A stretch of DNA of 64,000 nucleotides. It comes from Octopus vulgaris (taxonomy: Eukaryota). Below are positions 25,036 through 38,300 of this stretch, one piece after another (the stretch's first letter is position 1; every line of letters starts with the position of its first letter). Under the pieces are notes generated by a model. That model was not told the DNA's origin. It worked only from the letters and a program-made list of their open reading frames with translations, and ran no database searches. The stretch is taken from positions 86,366,001 to 86,430,000 of the forward strand of contig OX597814.1 of assembly GCA_951406725.2 (NCBI GenBank). The letters run 5' to 3'. A program made the position numbers and the translations under genes.

Positions 25036-26205
25036 TACATACATACATACATATATATACACACATACACAACAGGCTTCTTTCAGTTTCCACCTATCAA
25101 ATCCACTCACAAGGCTTCAGCTGGCCTGGAGTAGAAAACATTTGCCCAGGGTGCCACTCAGTGAGACTGAACCCAGAACCATGTGATTGGGAAGCATACT
25201 TCTTCCTACATAACCACACCTACTATATCCCCCAAACTACTTCCAAAACTTTTGTCATCAATAAATACCTCCAGCACCCACCACCAATACCAACACCTTT
25301 ACAATCACAGACTACACTGTGCTATGTTAGTGCTACACTCACCATCACTACCATTCATATTGCCAAAGCCACTACAATAACTGTCACCATCACCACCACC
25401 CCTATACCTAGAACTCACCACCACTATCACTTTACCCACCCAACAACATCAGATTACCTGCTGGGTTTCAATAGATACTTTTTTAATTAACCCAGTTTTC
25501 TCTACTTTGATTAATAAAGGTGTTGATTTGGTTGCAGTTTGGATCTATTTCAAAGCAGCATGCTACTTCCTACCACCACCATCAACAACACCACAGCACA
25601 TCAGCCCCCACTAGGATTAAACTATCCACCATTATAATAGTCACTGCTAACATCTCCACCACTAAGTCAAAGACAGTCTCAATGACTACTATCAGAACTG
25701 TTACTATAAAGATAACAGTCACCAATTCCACCAACACAATCACTACCAACATCACCACCACCTGCAGCAGTTATGACAACAACAACGGTTATATATATAT
25801 AAAGAGAAGGGATAACTCAATAGCTATAATACGTCTTATAATCCTTTCTACTACAGGCACAAGGCCTGATATTTTGAAGGGATTAGTTGACTAAATTAAC
25901 CCCAGTATCTTACAGGTATTTATTTTATTATTTATTAACCCTCGAAAGGATGAAAGGTAGAGTCAACACTGGCAAAACTGAACCCAGAATGTGAAGACAG
26001 ACGAAATGCTACTAGACATAAACAAGCAACTACTGCAGTATGAACCAATGAAGGAGCCTCAAACTTAAATTTTCAAGTATCACATACTGTCCTTCTTAAC
26101 TTTTTAGTTACCATATTTCTGTCAAAATATACTACCTTTGTTTCCATTAACTTTGAAAGAACAAAATTTGAAAAACAAAATTTTGATTGAAGGTTTTCAT
26201 TAACT

Positions 26206-26434
26206 TTAACCCTTTAGCTTTCACAATATTCCATCAAAAGTAATGCTTATTTATTCACATTGTTTTGAATTAATTGTGCATTATTTTGTAGCTTTGAGAT
26301 TTTGATGAGGTAACAGCAAATTTTTAGAATGATATTGTAAAGTTGGTGAGAGAGGCTGAATCTGGCCAGCTTGAATATAAAATAGGCAGAATATTTTTGG
26401 CCAGAAATGGCTGATTTAAATGCTAAAGGATTAA
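26206..26434. mobile_element. TTAA-flanked (piggyBac-like) MITE nested in a second TTAA MITE (~26097-26517)
   Basis: ttaaccctttagc...gctaaaggattaa. Copies at 13749-13920, 50263-50490 and split at 59690-61570; the outer family recurs at 1-121 and 54068-54280. Confidence 0.7.
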
Positions 26435-27067
26435 AATAGGAAGGATGTACCATAGAACCTAGGGTTGTCCCTGGTGGACTGGTCTCAAAAGGGTTAAGAA
26501 CATGTGTTAGATGACATAAGAAAAATACAAGATGGTCACAACTGGAATGCCTTTGGTCATAGATCTACTTGATCAGAGGTGATCTAGGGTTAAACAACAT
26601 CCACTTCCACTGCAGTATAGACAAGGATAATTCCTACTCTTCCACCATAATCCCAAATTTACTCACCTCTCTATTTTCCTCTTTTCCACTACAACTACTA
26701 ATATTTCTCTGACCCATTATCTACCATCAGACAGCACAGCTACATACCATCTTCACTATAAATTCCACCACAATGAATTTTAAGAACCTGTAATCCTGGA
26801 TCTATGGGGTGCTCTTAAGCATTCAATAGACTGGCTTCATACTAAGTGTACTCATCTAAAACTATCCATAAAGACTACAACATAAAGCAGCAGCAAAACT
26901 TAGGAATGTTTCTAATAAGTCATTAACTGTGACCAAACACTTCAAACATTAAAAAATTCCAAAGCTGAGCCAAAGGGTAAAGCTTCTGTCACTATGCTTT
27001 TTTATTTGTTTAATGTTTTAATTTCTTCACTGACCAAATCAGAAATGTGAGCAATTAGACAGCTTAC

Positions 27068-27098
27068 CTTCCGTATATCAGGTCCATTTTGATCATAC
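27068..27098 (-). CDS. MORC2: MORC2-like micro-exon G (31 nt, phase 2/0): YDQNGPDIRK, end of chromo-like domain
   Basis: Polypyrimidine tract plus ttacag acceptor, donor AAG|gtaagc; WYDQNGPDIR resembles MORC2 WVEKGSEDVR; needed to restore phase. Confidence 0.82.
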
Positions 27099-27597
27099 CT
27101 GTAATAATAAGAAAGAAAAGAATGTTTATTTTGGAAGATAGAATGCAAAGAGAGAGAGAGTCAGACAGATCAACATCTTCAACACCAAACTAAATTTGTC
27201 AACTAATCACCTAGAAGCAGCCAATCACAAACATTGATGATTGAATAATACACGTCTTTAAAACAAGAAATTCCCTCTCCTGCTATTCACAGGAGTTTGG
27301 GGTAACATTCAGTTAGACAAAACTCAACTACATCTGTGAAGGCAACTTCTTATCAAGTCATTCATTTCAATTTGTTGTCATTGTTTATAAAAATATGAAA
27401 AGTAATGTTTGTATTAAATAACAATAAATCATTCAAAAGAAGTATGCAGTCCAAATACAGACAATATTATGTTGTAAGAACAATAGTAAACCTTTCATTC
27501 ATTTATTTGTGATTGTTCTAGTCTATAGACAGAACAACTATTTCAGGTACTGATGAGAGAGTTACAGACTGAACATAGTCTGAACAGGATCTACAAC

Positions 27598-28224
27598 ACA
27601 TATGTATAAAAAATATATGTACACATATACACATATATATATATATAGATAGATAGATAGATATGGACATATATATATGTGCATACATATGTATACATAT
27701 ATGTACATATATATATATGCATACATATGTATACATATATATATATACATATATACAAATAGATATATATATATATATATATATATATAGATAGATAGAT
27801 ATGGACATATATATATGTACATATATATATATACATATATAGATATATGTACATATATATATATACATATATAGATATATGTACATATATATATATACAT
27901 ATATAGATATATGTACATATATATATATACATATATAGATATATGTACATATATATACATATATAGATATATGTACATATATATACATATATAGATATAT
28001 GTACATATATATACATATATAGATATATGTACATATATATACATATATAGATATATGTACATATATATACATATATAGATATATGTACATATATATACAT
28101 ATATAGATATATGTACATATATATATACATATATAGATATATGTACATATATATATACATATATAGATATATGTACATATATATATATACATATATAGAT
28201 ATATGTACATATATATATACATAT

Positions 28225-28291
<67 letters not shown>

Positions 28292-28294
28292 TAC

Positions 28295-28345
<51 letters not shown>

Positions 28346-28932
28346 TAGATATATGTACATATATATATACATATATATATATATATTACATATATATATA
28401 CATATATATAGATATATGTACATATATATATACATATACAAATATAGATATATGTACATATATATATACATATACAAATATATATATATATAGATACACA
28501 CAAAAACATATATACGTATACATGTATATATACAGAAACACATATATATACACACATATACATACACACACATATGTATGTATATACACATGTATACATA
28601 TATATACATACACACATATATATGTATATACATATATATATGTATATACACATGTATACATATATATACATACACACACATATATGTATGTATATACACA
28701 TGTATACATATATATACATACACACACATATATGTATATACATATATATATGTATGTATATACACATGTATACATATATATACATACACACACATGTATA
28801 TACATATATATATGTATGTATATACACATGTATACATATATATATACATACACATATATACACATATATACATACATACACATATATACACATACATGTC
28901 TATATATATATAAATACAGATAGATATACATA
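27598..28932. repeat. Compound TA-derived minisatellite (~28-32 bp units, then ~48-50 bp units)
   Basis: Repeated atatagatatatgtacatatatatac, then catgtatacatatatatacatacacacac. Confidence 0.9.
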
Positions 28933-29091
28933 CAATGATTAAGTAATGTGCAAAATATTATTATTTTGCATATTACTTAATCATTGTTTTATGTTTTATC
29001 TTATATTTAATCTTTCTAAATATGTAATTTTTCTAAATGGTATGATTTAATTTTTCATTATTGAATTGATAAACAGTGTTTTTTTCTCTAT

Positions 29092-29122
<31 letters not shown>

Positions 29123-29337
29123 CATATATATATATATACATGCATAAACACACACACACACACATTTGTGTAAAAAATTAATGAGTGGCTGTGTGGTAAA
29201 TAGCTTGCTTACGAACCACATGGTTCTGGGTTCAGTCTCACTGCGTGGCACTTTGGGCAAGTGTCTTCTACTATAGCCTCAGGCCGACCAAAGCCTTGTG
29301 AATGGATTTGGTAGACGCAAACTGAAAGAAGCCCGTC

Positions 29338-29370
<33 letters not shown>

Positions 29371-29371
<1 letters not shown>

Positions 29372-29570
29372 GTGACCGCATGTGTACCGTTGTCGATTTT
29401 TCTTCTGTCTTCCCTTCTCTGGATCTTTCCTTCTCCTATGTTTCCGACAAAGAGCTCCACTCGAAACGTTAAACCCTCCTCCTTTCCTGAGCATCCAATA
29501 ATACTATATTTGTTCCACGTCCTCGCGTTGCTGTGTTTTTTTGTGCTTTCTTGTTTGGATTAACTCTCTA
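29371..29570 (+). mobile_element. Penelope-like pseudo-LTR fragment nested in the central microsatellite of a SINE
   Basis: Absent from other copies of the same SINE (e.g. 8431-8788); flanked by (TA)n; pyrimidine-rich; carries a degenerate hammerhead. Confidence 0.55.
29440..29474 (+). ncRNA. Degenerate minimal hammerhead ribozyme
   Basis: gttt CCGACAA a gagc tcc actc GAAA cg TT aaac; inside a ~200-bp insert flanked by (TA)n. Confidence 0.5.
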
Positions 29571-31949
29571 TATATGTGTGCGTGTGTGTGTGTGTGTGTC
29601 TATGTTTGTCCCCGCAACATCACTTGACAACTGATGCTGGTGTGTTTATGTCCTTGTAACTTAGCAGTTTGGCAAAAGAGACTGATAGAATAAATACGAG
29701 GCTTACAAAGAATAAGACCTGGGGCCGATTTGATCAACTAAAAGCAGTGCTCCAGCATGGCCAAAGTCAAATGACTGAAATGAGTAATAGAGTAAGTACA
29801 TGCACTGCATAAATGTTTTCAGGATTAAATAATAAGACAACAAACGGAAAATATGACATAACTGTGTGTATACATATGTAATTTTTTTTAAAAACTGAAG
29901 TAAATAAACATACGAACATATACTAAATGCACAGATGAACAGAAAACACAGAAGGTCACCAACTCCTCTTCAGTTATCAGCCAGAGGGTTGAGCCCAATT
30001 TTGGCCATGTGTGTGTGTACACACACCTTTTTTATATATGTGTATATACAATAGCTTTCTTTCAGATTCCATCTACGAAATACACTCACAAAGCTTTGGT
30101 TGTCCCAAGGCTATAGTAGAAGACACTTGCCCAAGGTTCCACACAGTGGGATTGAACCTGGAACCACATGGTTGGGAAGCAAGCTTCTTAGCACACAGCC
30201 ACTATATTCATTTATGTATATTTATTTATATCTTTGTCTTTGTGTTTGTTTTTATGTTCAAACCAGCCATGTCTAACCTCTCACATCCACCTTACAATGT
30301 CATTCTACAAGCAAGCGATCTCAATATTGAAATCTCAAAGCTGTGCAATTAATTTAAAACATAATAATATGAATGAAGGGTTAAATTTGTAGTAACACTC
30401 AGAAAACCTATGACCCAAACTGCACTTGGATGGAAATTAGCTGAAGTTATTTGAGATTTTCTTAAGTAATCAAAGCAGTGTTCACAGTATTTATATTTGG
30501 GTGTACATAGTTTAATCAGATACTTCAGCATTATTTGTTTGTTTGTTCATAGAGAAACAAAGTAACAAAGACTACAGGTTAAGGATTAGAAATGATGTGA
30601 TAGTAGAAAAAAAAAAGAAGAAAAGTAAGGAGGGAAAAATGTACCTCCTTATATCATTTTTTCTTTTTGTCCGTTTTAACTCTTTTTATTTGTTTCAGTC
30701 ATGTGACTGTGGCTTGCTGGGACACCAGCCTGAACAAATCAATCCCATTATTTTTTTTTTTTTAAAGTCTGGTATTTAATTTCTTGGTCTCTTTTACCAA
30801 ACTGCTAAGTTACAGGGATGTAAACAAACCAACACCAATTATCAAGCAATAATGGAGAGACAAACATAAACACACACACGACGGGCTTCCACACTGCTTC
30901 CATCTACCAAATTCAATCACAAGGCATTGGTCAATCCCGGGCTAAAGTACAAGATACTTGCCCAAGGTGCTGTGCAGTGAGACTGAACTCAAAGCTATGA
31001 GGTTGCAAAGTGAGCTAGATATAAAAGTACTGCAGCATTTGCTGTGTGTACATTTTATACACCAAAATCTGTTTTCTTAAGCATCCTTTACAAAAAAAGA
31101 AAGAAAGAAAAAAAAAGCAAGTAAGTTCAACTCCAACAGACATATTCAACATTATTTAAATATTTCTCACAGTAAATAAAGAACAATAAAACAAAATGAA
31201 AGCTTGCCACAAAATATTATGGCAGCTAACAGCAGCAATGCTGTAAACATACATATTTTATTCTTCAGTCATCACACTAAATCCAGCAAGAGTTACAATC
31301 GCTTCTCTTCAGATTCTCAAATATAAAACATGCAATATAAGTCACTTGCAGAGTTGTCAGCAGCCCTAGCACTGGCTTTTATTCAGATAAGTGATTTAAT
31401 AGAGTGCCATGTAATTAAACAATATTGTTTTGGACTGGCTGTTGGAGGAGTGGTGGATTGATGCGCTTGCCATGCAGTGGGGCTGGGTCTTGGTGCATAA
31501 CCATTTAGTTCAAGCGAGAAGCCAAGAACAGCCAATGTTTTAATGCACATCCACCTGAGACTTTGTCACAGAGAGTGTTGTTGTTGTAGCCTTGCTAGCC
31601 AATGTGAAGACAAGACAAGATGGGAAGTTTATGGTTTTGGTCTTTAATGATGTCAGCTGCTGCTGCTGCCAGCACAGTAAATATGGCTTATAAGCAATAA
31701 CATCATCATCTCTAATAAGAAATACCAATGCCACAACACGAATGGTGTAATAGCTGATGATAAAACCGCTTTTAGCATCAAATGATCCTATCAGCATATG
31801 AAATATTACATGCATGTGTTTGTGAGAAGTGATGTGTGTGTTTGTGATTTTGATGAGTGATGTGTGTGAGCATGCACACACACAGACACATACCTTATAC
31901 ACACATGTATGCTGCAAGTGTGTGTGTATATATATATATATATATGTAT

Positions 31950-33202
31950 GTAGGGCAGTGAATAAACTGTCATCTAAATTACACAAAAATGAAAATAACA
32001 CTGACATCTCATTTTAACAGATATATTTACCAAAATTACATAAAAATATCTTGAAATACTAAAGAGTAAATTTATTCAATAAAATTGCCATTGTCTTCAA
32101 CAACGGCCTCCAGACGACTTTGGAATTTGTAACTCTTCTGGATATTCTCCATAATCCTTGCTTTCAGTTCATCCTTGGTGTAACAAGGAGTTTTGTTGGT
32201 CTCTTGCTCAACGGCACCCCACACATAATAATCAAGCCGGTTGCAATCTGGGGAGTTAGATGGCCAGATGTTAGGGGTGATGTCATTGCAGAAATTGTCT
32301 GACAGCCATGACTGGGTTCCCTTGCTTGTGTGGCTTGGTGTAGAGTCCTATTGCCAGACATTGGGTCTTCCAGCAGCCACCCTCTTGACCCAGAGTAGCA
32401 CTACCTCCTCCAGGCACCTGATGTAGGCCTCCATGTTGAGACTGAGACTGTGTGGGAAGATGAATGGAGGTAATAACATCGCCATCACTAGTAATCACTC
32501 AAAATGTTGACTGGATGTTTGATTTTTATCATTTTCAATACATGTTTTGGGGGCATGGCAGCTGTTCTGTGTGCTTACCATCTGATACTGGCAGAAATTT
32601 TTCATGTCTGAGAAAAACCAAAGCATGTTCAGTTGGAGGGGATGCTTGGGTTTGTTCAAAAGCTTTGTAGTGCGATCTTTCCACTTGTCATTGATGGCTT
32701 GCAATAAAAATTGGTTCTTTCTCATCTTGTATGAGAAATGCTCAATATCTTTATGCACTACCTGCCTGATAAGAAACTCAGACACTCCCATGTCCCTGGT
32801 GATGGACCTGATTGACTTGGGGGGATCATTATCAATCATGGCCTAGAGCTCACCAACAAATTCAGGAGTTCTCTTCTTATCAAAACAATCAGAGTGAGTT
32901 TTCTGAGCTGCCATACATTCGTGATCACCATTAGACAAATTCAGCTCTTTTCGAATCCTCTGCACTGTCATCAGATTGACACCCAATCACTCTGAAATGT
33001 TTGTATTGGAGCTTCTGCCATGAATGCCAAGCAGTACAGCATGTCATTACCAAAGTCAATTGCATCATTGTGTTGCTTTTCTTACAGACACTGCCCAACT
33101 GACCCTACTATATTGAGTAATCAACAAATTCAAAAACAAACAATGCACATGCGCAAAATTAAAAATATGAGATAGCGACAATTTTTCCCATCAAACCCTG
33201 TA
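31950..33202 (-). mobile_element. Decayed Tc1/mariner DNA transposon, DD37D (maT) family; transposase pseudogene
   Basis: Translated motifs SIRSITRDMGVSEFLIRQVV (HTH), WFFSD, and WQ*DSTPSHTS...WPSNSPDCNRLDYYVW with 37 residues between the second and third Asp; stops and frameshifts; ends in ccctg-TA; termini only weakly similar. Confidence 0.88.
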
Positions 33203-33679
33203 TATATATATATGTCTACATGTGTGTGCATTTATATGTATACATACTTATATATACATATGTACATACACACACATATATCACTGTACCAACCAGACTA
33301 TCAGATATAGTTATAAACCACTGGTCATAATGCATTTCCAGTTCTTTCTTAACTGTCGCTGTCTTTTCCATCTTGAACCAAATTCCTTAACTATGAAGCA
33401 AATGGTTCCCAGTCCATTTTGACAATGAATATTCAGTTGTATGCCCTGTGATTTGGCATGGTTTCTACATCTAGATGCCTTTCATAACACAAAATTTTAC
33501 ATGTGCACACTTGCACTAGAGAAGTTTCATGTCCTCGGCTGGATGAAGTCCTCACTACTTTATGTTGATTTCATTAGCATAGCAACCACTTTTAGATTGT
33601 GTTTGGTGCATTTTAATATGACACCAGTATTAGAGGTCAAGTCCAGGTCGTGGTGTGATGGCTTGTATGTCTGAAAGCA

Positions 33680-34125
33680 ATTCCAGTGGAGTACAAACTC
33701 CCAAGCTGAACAGGTTAAAGAATAGAAGCCAGACTAATTTGGACCACCTCTAGGGATGAAAAATGGGTTTCTGTAAAGCCAACACCCCTACCTAGAAAAA
33801 AGCAATGTTACAGAGGCAGTGATGACAATTCAATACCAAAAAGATTGGGAAGGGGAAGGCCTTTCTTCAGAAAAATACATGATGCGGTTCAGCAAAAACT
33901 GAATGGAAGAAACCAACATCCAGCATTATATATCAGGCACTAACCTGGGACCCACAAAAGAGGCATAAAAGAGGGACACCCGGAAAATAGTTGGAAGCAA
34001 GATAGTGAGGCAGAGCTGAAAATATAGGGATCCAACTGGAGAGAAGCAGAGGAGACAGCCCAGGGTTGAGAACAGTGGAGAAAGGTTGTTAATTGCCTAT
34101 GCTTCAAAGGGGGCAAAGGGGTAAG
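33680..34125 (+). mobile_element. Old internally deleted RTE-like element
   Basis: GHPENSWKQDSEAELK..GSNWREAEETAQ..EQWRKVVNCLC, an RTE C-terminal pattern. Confidence 0.55.
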
Positions 34126-34436
34126 TATATAAATACTAGAGAAGTTGTTTTGTACCATACAAGACTAAAGTGTGTATGTTGTAATAGGAGCAAGAAAGCA
34201 ATGCTAAGTATAGACTAATAGAAGAGAGACAATGACAACAACTACTGGTAGGTTATCAGTAAGAGATTTTGAATAGACAAACAGCATGTACTTGGTGGCA
34301 ATATAGTGATTATAATAGGGAGAATAAGTGAGAGATAAAAACAGAGATGGACAATAGTAAGTAAGAATGGTAAATGTCAATGAGCAGTGATATCGAGAAG
34401 AGAGTAGTGAAGAGAGATACATACACATGTATATAT

Positions 34437-34619
34437 ATGACTGCAGTCATGCTAGAGCGCCACCTTAAAGGATTTTTTAGTTGAAGAAATCGACCCCAGG
34501 GATTATTCTTTGTTAGACTATTCTATCAGCCTCTTTTGCCGAATGCTAAGGTACGGGGATGTAAACACACATACATTGGTTGTCAAGTGATGGGGGTGGG
34601 GACAAACACAGATACAAAG

Positions 34620-34652
<33 letters not shown>

Positions 34653-34825
34653 TAGACAGACAGACAGACAGATAGATAACAGGCTTCTTTCAGTTTCCAC
34701 CTACCAAATCCACTCACAAGACTTTGCTGGTGCAAGGTTATAGTAGAAGACACTTGCCCAAGGTGCCACACAGTGGAACAGAACCTGGAACCATGTAGCT
34801 GAGAAGCAAGTTTCTTACCATATAT
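34437..34825 (-). mobile_element. SINE family A copy
   Basis: Reverse complement of the family A head and tail with a central (CA)n. Confidence 0.8.
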
Positions 34826-35400
34826 ACCCATTCATTTTTTTATTGATGTATACACCTTCCATCCTGCCCTTATTCTCAAGATTTTAGCACCTCATTAAAA
34901 GATGCAGACAAAGCAAAGCTGAACAAGACCCTACGTGATAGTCTCTTCAATAACACCATCCCACCTGTGCTCTTATATGCAAGTGGACTACTACATAGAG
35001 GAAAGAACATTGATCAGCTACGATGCAAAAGGCTATGAAAAGATCCAAGCCAAGATTATCATTGCTAGGGCATGTCCGAAACAAGGAAATTCAAGGACGG
35101 AGCTGAGTTGACAACGATTGGAGAATACTAAGAGCACAAGTTCTGCTGGACCAGACATTTTGTAAGGCTCACAGAAAACTGGTGGACCTGTGCAGGTGCC
35201 AAGTGGTATTAAAGAAATCAGAAAAGCCACTAGGAAATCTTCCACAATGATGGGAAGACAACTTTAATGATTTGGTCCAGAATGGGAAAAAAAGAGGGCA
35301 ATCAAGAAAGAATTAGGAGTATATTATCACCAGCAGTGTATAACAACATTCAACACTCTGACACAGTGATGTGAATGTGTGTGTGAGTGTGTGTGTTAGT

Positions 35401-35712
35401 GAAGGCATGTGGCTTAGTGGTTGGGATATTTGGCTCATGACTAAGGTGGTGAGTTCAATTCCCAGTGGTGCACTGTGTCCTTGAGCAAGACACTTTATTT
35501 CGCATTGCTCCAGTCCACTCAGCTGGTAAAAATGAGTAGTACCTGAATTTCAAAAGGCCAGCCTTGTCACATTCTGTGTCATGCTGAATCTCCCTCAGAA
35601 CTATGGGTACACATATCTGTGGAGTACTCAGCCACTTATATGTTAATTTCATGAGCAAGCTGCTCCATTGATTGGATCAACTGAAACTCTCATCATTGTA
35701 GCTGATGGAGAG
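35401..35712 (+). mobile_element. SINE family C copy
   Basis: Colinear with 22558-22848. Confidence 0.8.
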
Positions 35713-36824
35713 CTAGTTATTTATAAACACACACACACACACACTGGTTGTTTTCAAATGGTGTGCCAAGATACACTGATGTGTGCAAAAAGTATCTTAG
35801 TGCACCAAGGATTTTTAAAAATGTACTTAAAGGTTTTAGAAAATCCATATTTATACTTGAGCATCTTCACAAACATGTTATTCATAAATGTGATTAATAA
35901 AACAAGATAAGTAATAGTTTTCTATATTTTTTTCTCTAAATCTTTGACTTTAGAAGTTTTTTTTAAACTTTCCATGAGATGTGAGCCGGGAATTTCAGAA
36001 TTTTTTTATTTTATTTCCCAGTAAGTCAAAAAGTAATAAAAAAAAAAAAATTGAAACCATGAATTACACACATACACGTACAAATTAGTGTGTGAATGTG
36101 TTTGTACAGACACAAAAGTACAGATATATATAAATATATGCATACACATGAACATATATGTATACATATGTATATATGCACACACACACATATACATAAA
36201 CATATGTATATATGCACACACACACATATACATAAACATATGTATATATGCACACACACATACGTATATGTATACACATATCTACAAAACACACATAAAT
36301 GCACATGTATGCATTTGTGTGTGATTACAAATACAAATGTATGAATACATATAAATATATGCACACACATCAACAAATATGTGTACTCGCATACATACAC
36401 ACAATGATTGCTTCACTTGTCATATAATAGCTGTCTCAAAAGATATCTGCACTGCATTAGGTTATAATAACTCACACAAAACCTATGTCACTCTCTAAGT
36501 ATCCATAGCTAAATTATCTGCAGACAAGTGCAGAGACTGTTTCAACTACGGATCCTTCCTTTATATTTTCCCAATGAGAGGATACTCAGAAGTTTGATAT
36601 AGAAGCTTTCCTCCTCCAAGTGGTTTTACTGCACACTCAGACATAAACCCATATATATATTTGTTAGTTTTACATGCTTTTCTGCACCAGCATGGAATAA
36701 ACAAATAATCATCCACATTCCACATACACACACTCATACATATATAAATCATATATATATATATATATATGATTTATACACATATACATATGTATTAGTG
36801 TGTAAGTGTGTGTATGTATGTATG

Positions 36825-36882
<58 letters not shown>

Positions 36883-37729
36883 ACACATATATAAATCATA
36901 CATATTTGTGTGTGTGTGAATATACATATAGGCCCAAGTATAGCTGCGTGGTAAGAAGCTTACTTCCCAGGTTCAGTCCCACAGTGTGGCACCTTGGGCA
37001 AGTGTCTTCTACCAAAACTTGCATTTCAGATGCAATGATGTTTAGGAATAGTTCATGTTAGGGAAAATATAGCAGAACTAAATTTTAAAATATCCACCTT
37101 ATTTAATGTTCAACCTCTAACTGCAGTATGTGGCATAATAAATGGCCATTACTAAAGTGCATTTAAGAAACCAAATAGAGTATTATGCAGTACACATATA
37201 CTAGGTTTTTATGGTGGTTGGAAGCTCAAGAATTTAGTTAATTTCACTCACCAAGGAGATAAAACAGGCCTATAATTTCTCAGTGGCTATATTTTAGCTG
37301 ACAACCTTTTGACTTAAAGATTTATGATCTTCAATCACTATCACAATACTTCAGTTTCTTTTCAGTGATAGAAATAGTGTTCTCAAATGATGCTATCACA
37401 AACCATTTATTCTCTTTCCCTGCTGGTATCCATGAGATGGTAACATTCATGAATGTCTTTTAGTCGTTCATGTCTTACACTCCCAAAGTTGATACACACA
37501 GTCTTTTCTCATGCTAAATCACATTCTATAAAAACCATGCATACACTATTGATGCCATCACAAATATTCCTGTGATGAATTGTAGATCACTGTCTGTGCC
37601 ATATTATCACAGTCCATATTAATGTTGTTACCAATGTCCTTATGCTTAAGAACTGATTCATTTTTATTTACAAAACGTAATTTAGAAACATTTTCTAGGT
37701 TAAGATTAGCTTGTTTCGAACAACACAAG

Positions 37730-38070
37730 AAACTGTGCTCTTATATGGCTGAAGTACATGGACTCTAAATAAGGCACCAGAAAGAAAATAGATGGAACAT
37801 GCACAAGACTTCTAAGAGCAGCATTTAACACTTAACATCAATTGGCAGTGCCATACGACTAACCAGGTTCTGTATGGTAACATTCCAAAAGTTATCTCCA
37901 CTAGAGAGGAAAGAAGACTGAGATTCTGTGGACATTGCTTTAATATGACAGATGAAGGACATTTATTGATCAACTGGTTGAAGATGCTGATCTACTAAAG
38001 AGCAACCTATCAAATGCAATGCAGGAAAGAGAATTCTGAAGGCAAGTGGTTGGTGGTGTTCGTCAGTGAA
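37730..38070 (+). mobile_element. Old RTE/RTEX-like LINE fragment
   Basis: VLLYG*STWTL...IDGTCTRLLRAAFN...LYGNIPK...ERRLRFCGHC. Confidence 0.65.
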
Positions 38071-38263
38071 CAATGTGGTAGGTAAGTAGGTACTTTCTAG
38101 GTTCTCAAATCTTACATTTGTTAAGTCAACTTAGATTACATGCCTCATCATATTACCTCATATGAAACATCAGAATCTATCCAGAGGCATATAGAAGAAT
38201 TTGTAAACAATGTCTCTTCTCAGTAATTAATTTCTGTCTAACCTTTCCATTACTACTGATAAA

Positions 38264-38300
<37 letters not shown>

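Larger units (their letters stand above)
29184..29797 (+). mobile_element. SINE family A copy interrupted by a nested insert
   Basis: Head 29184-29340 and tail 29580-29797 match 8431-8788. Confidence 0.85.

Noticed and set aside
27518-28942. Long ORFs (up to 459 aa) of Y/I/C/M/H/T, and similar ones at 14044-14478, 15524-16061, 20025-21068 and 36006-36400
   Set aside because: Translations of TA/CA microsatellites that lack stop codons; not genes.
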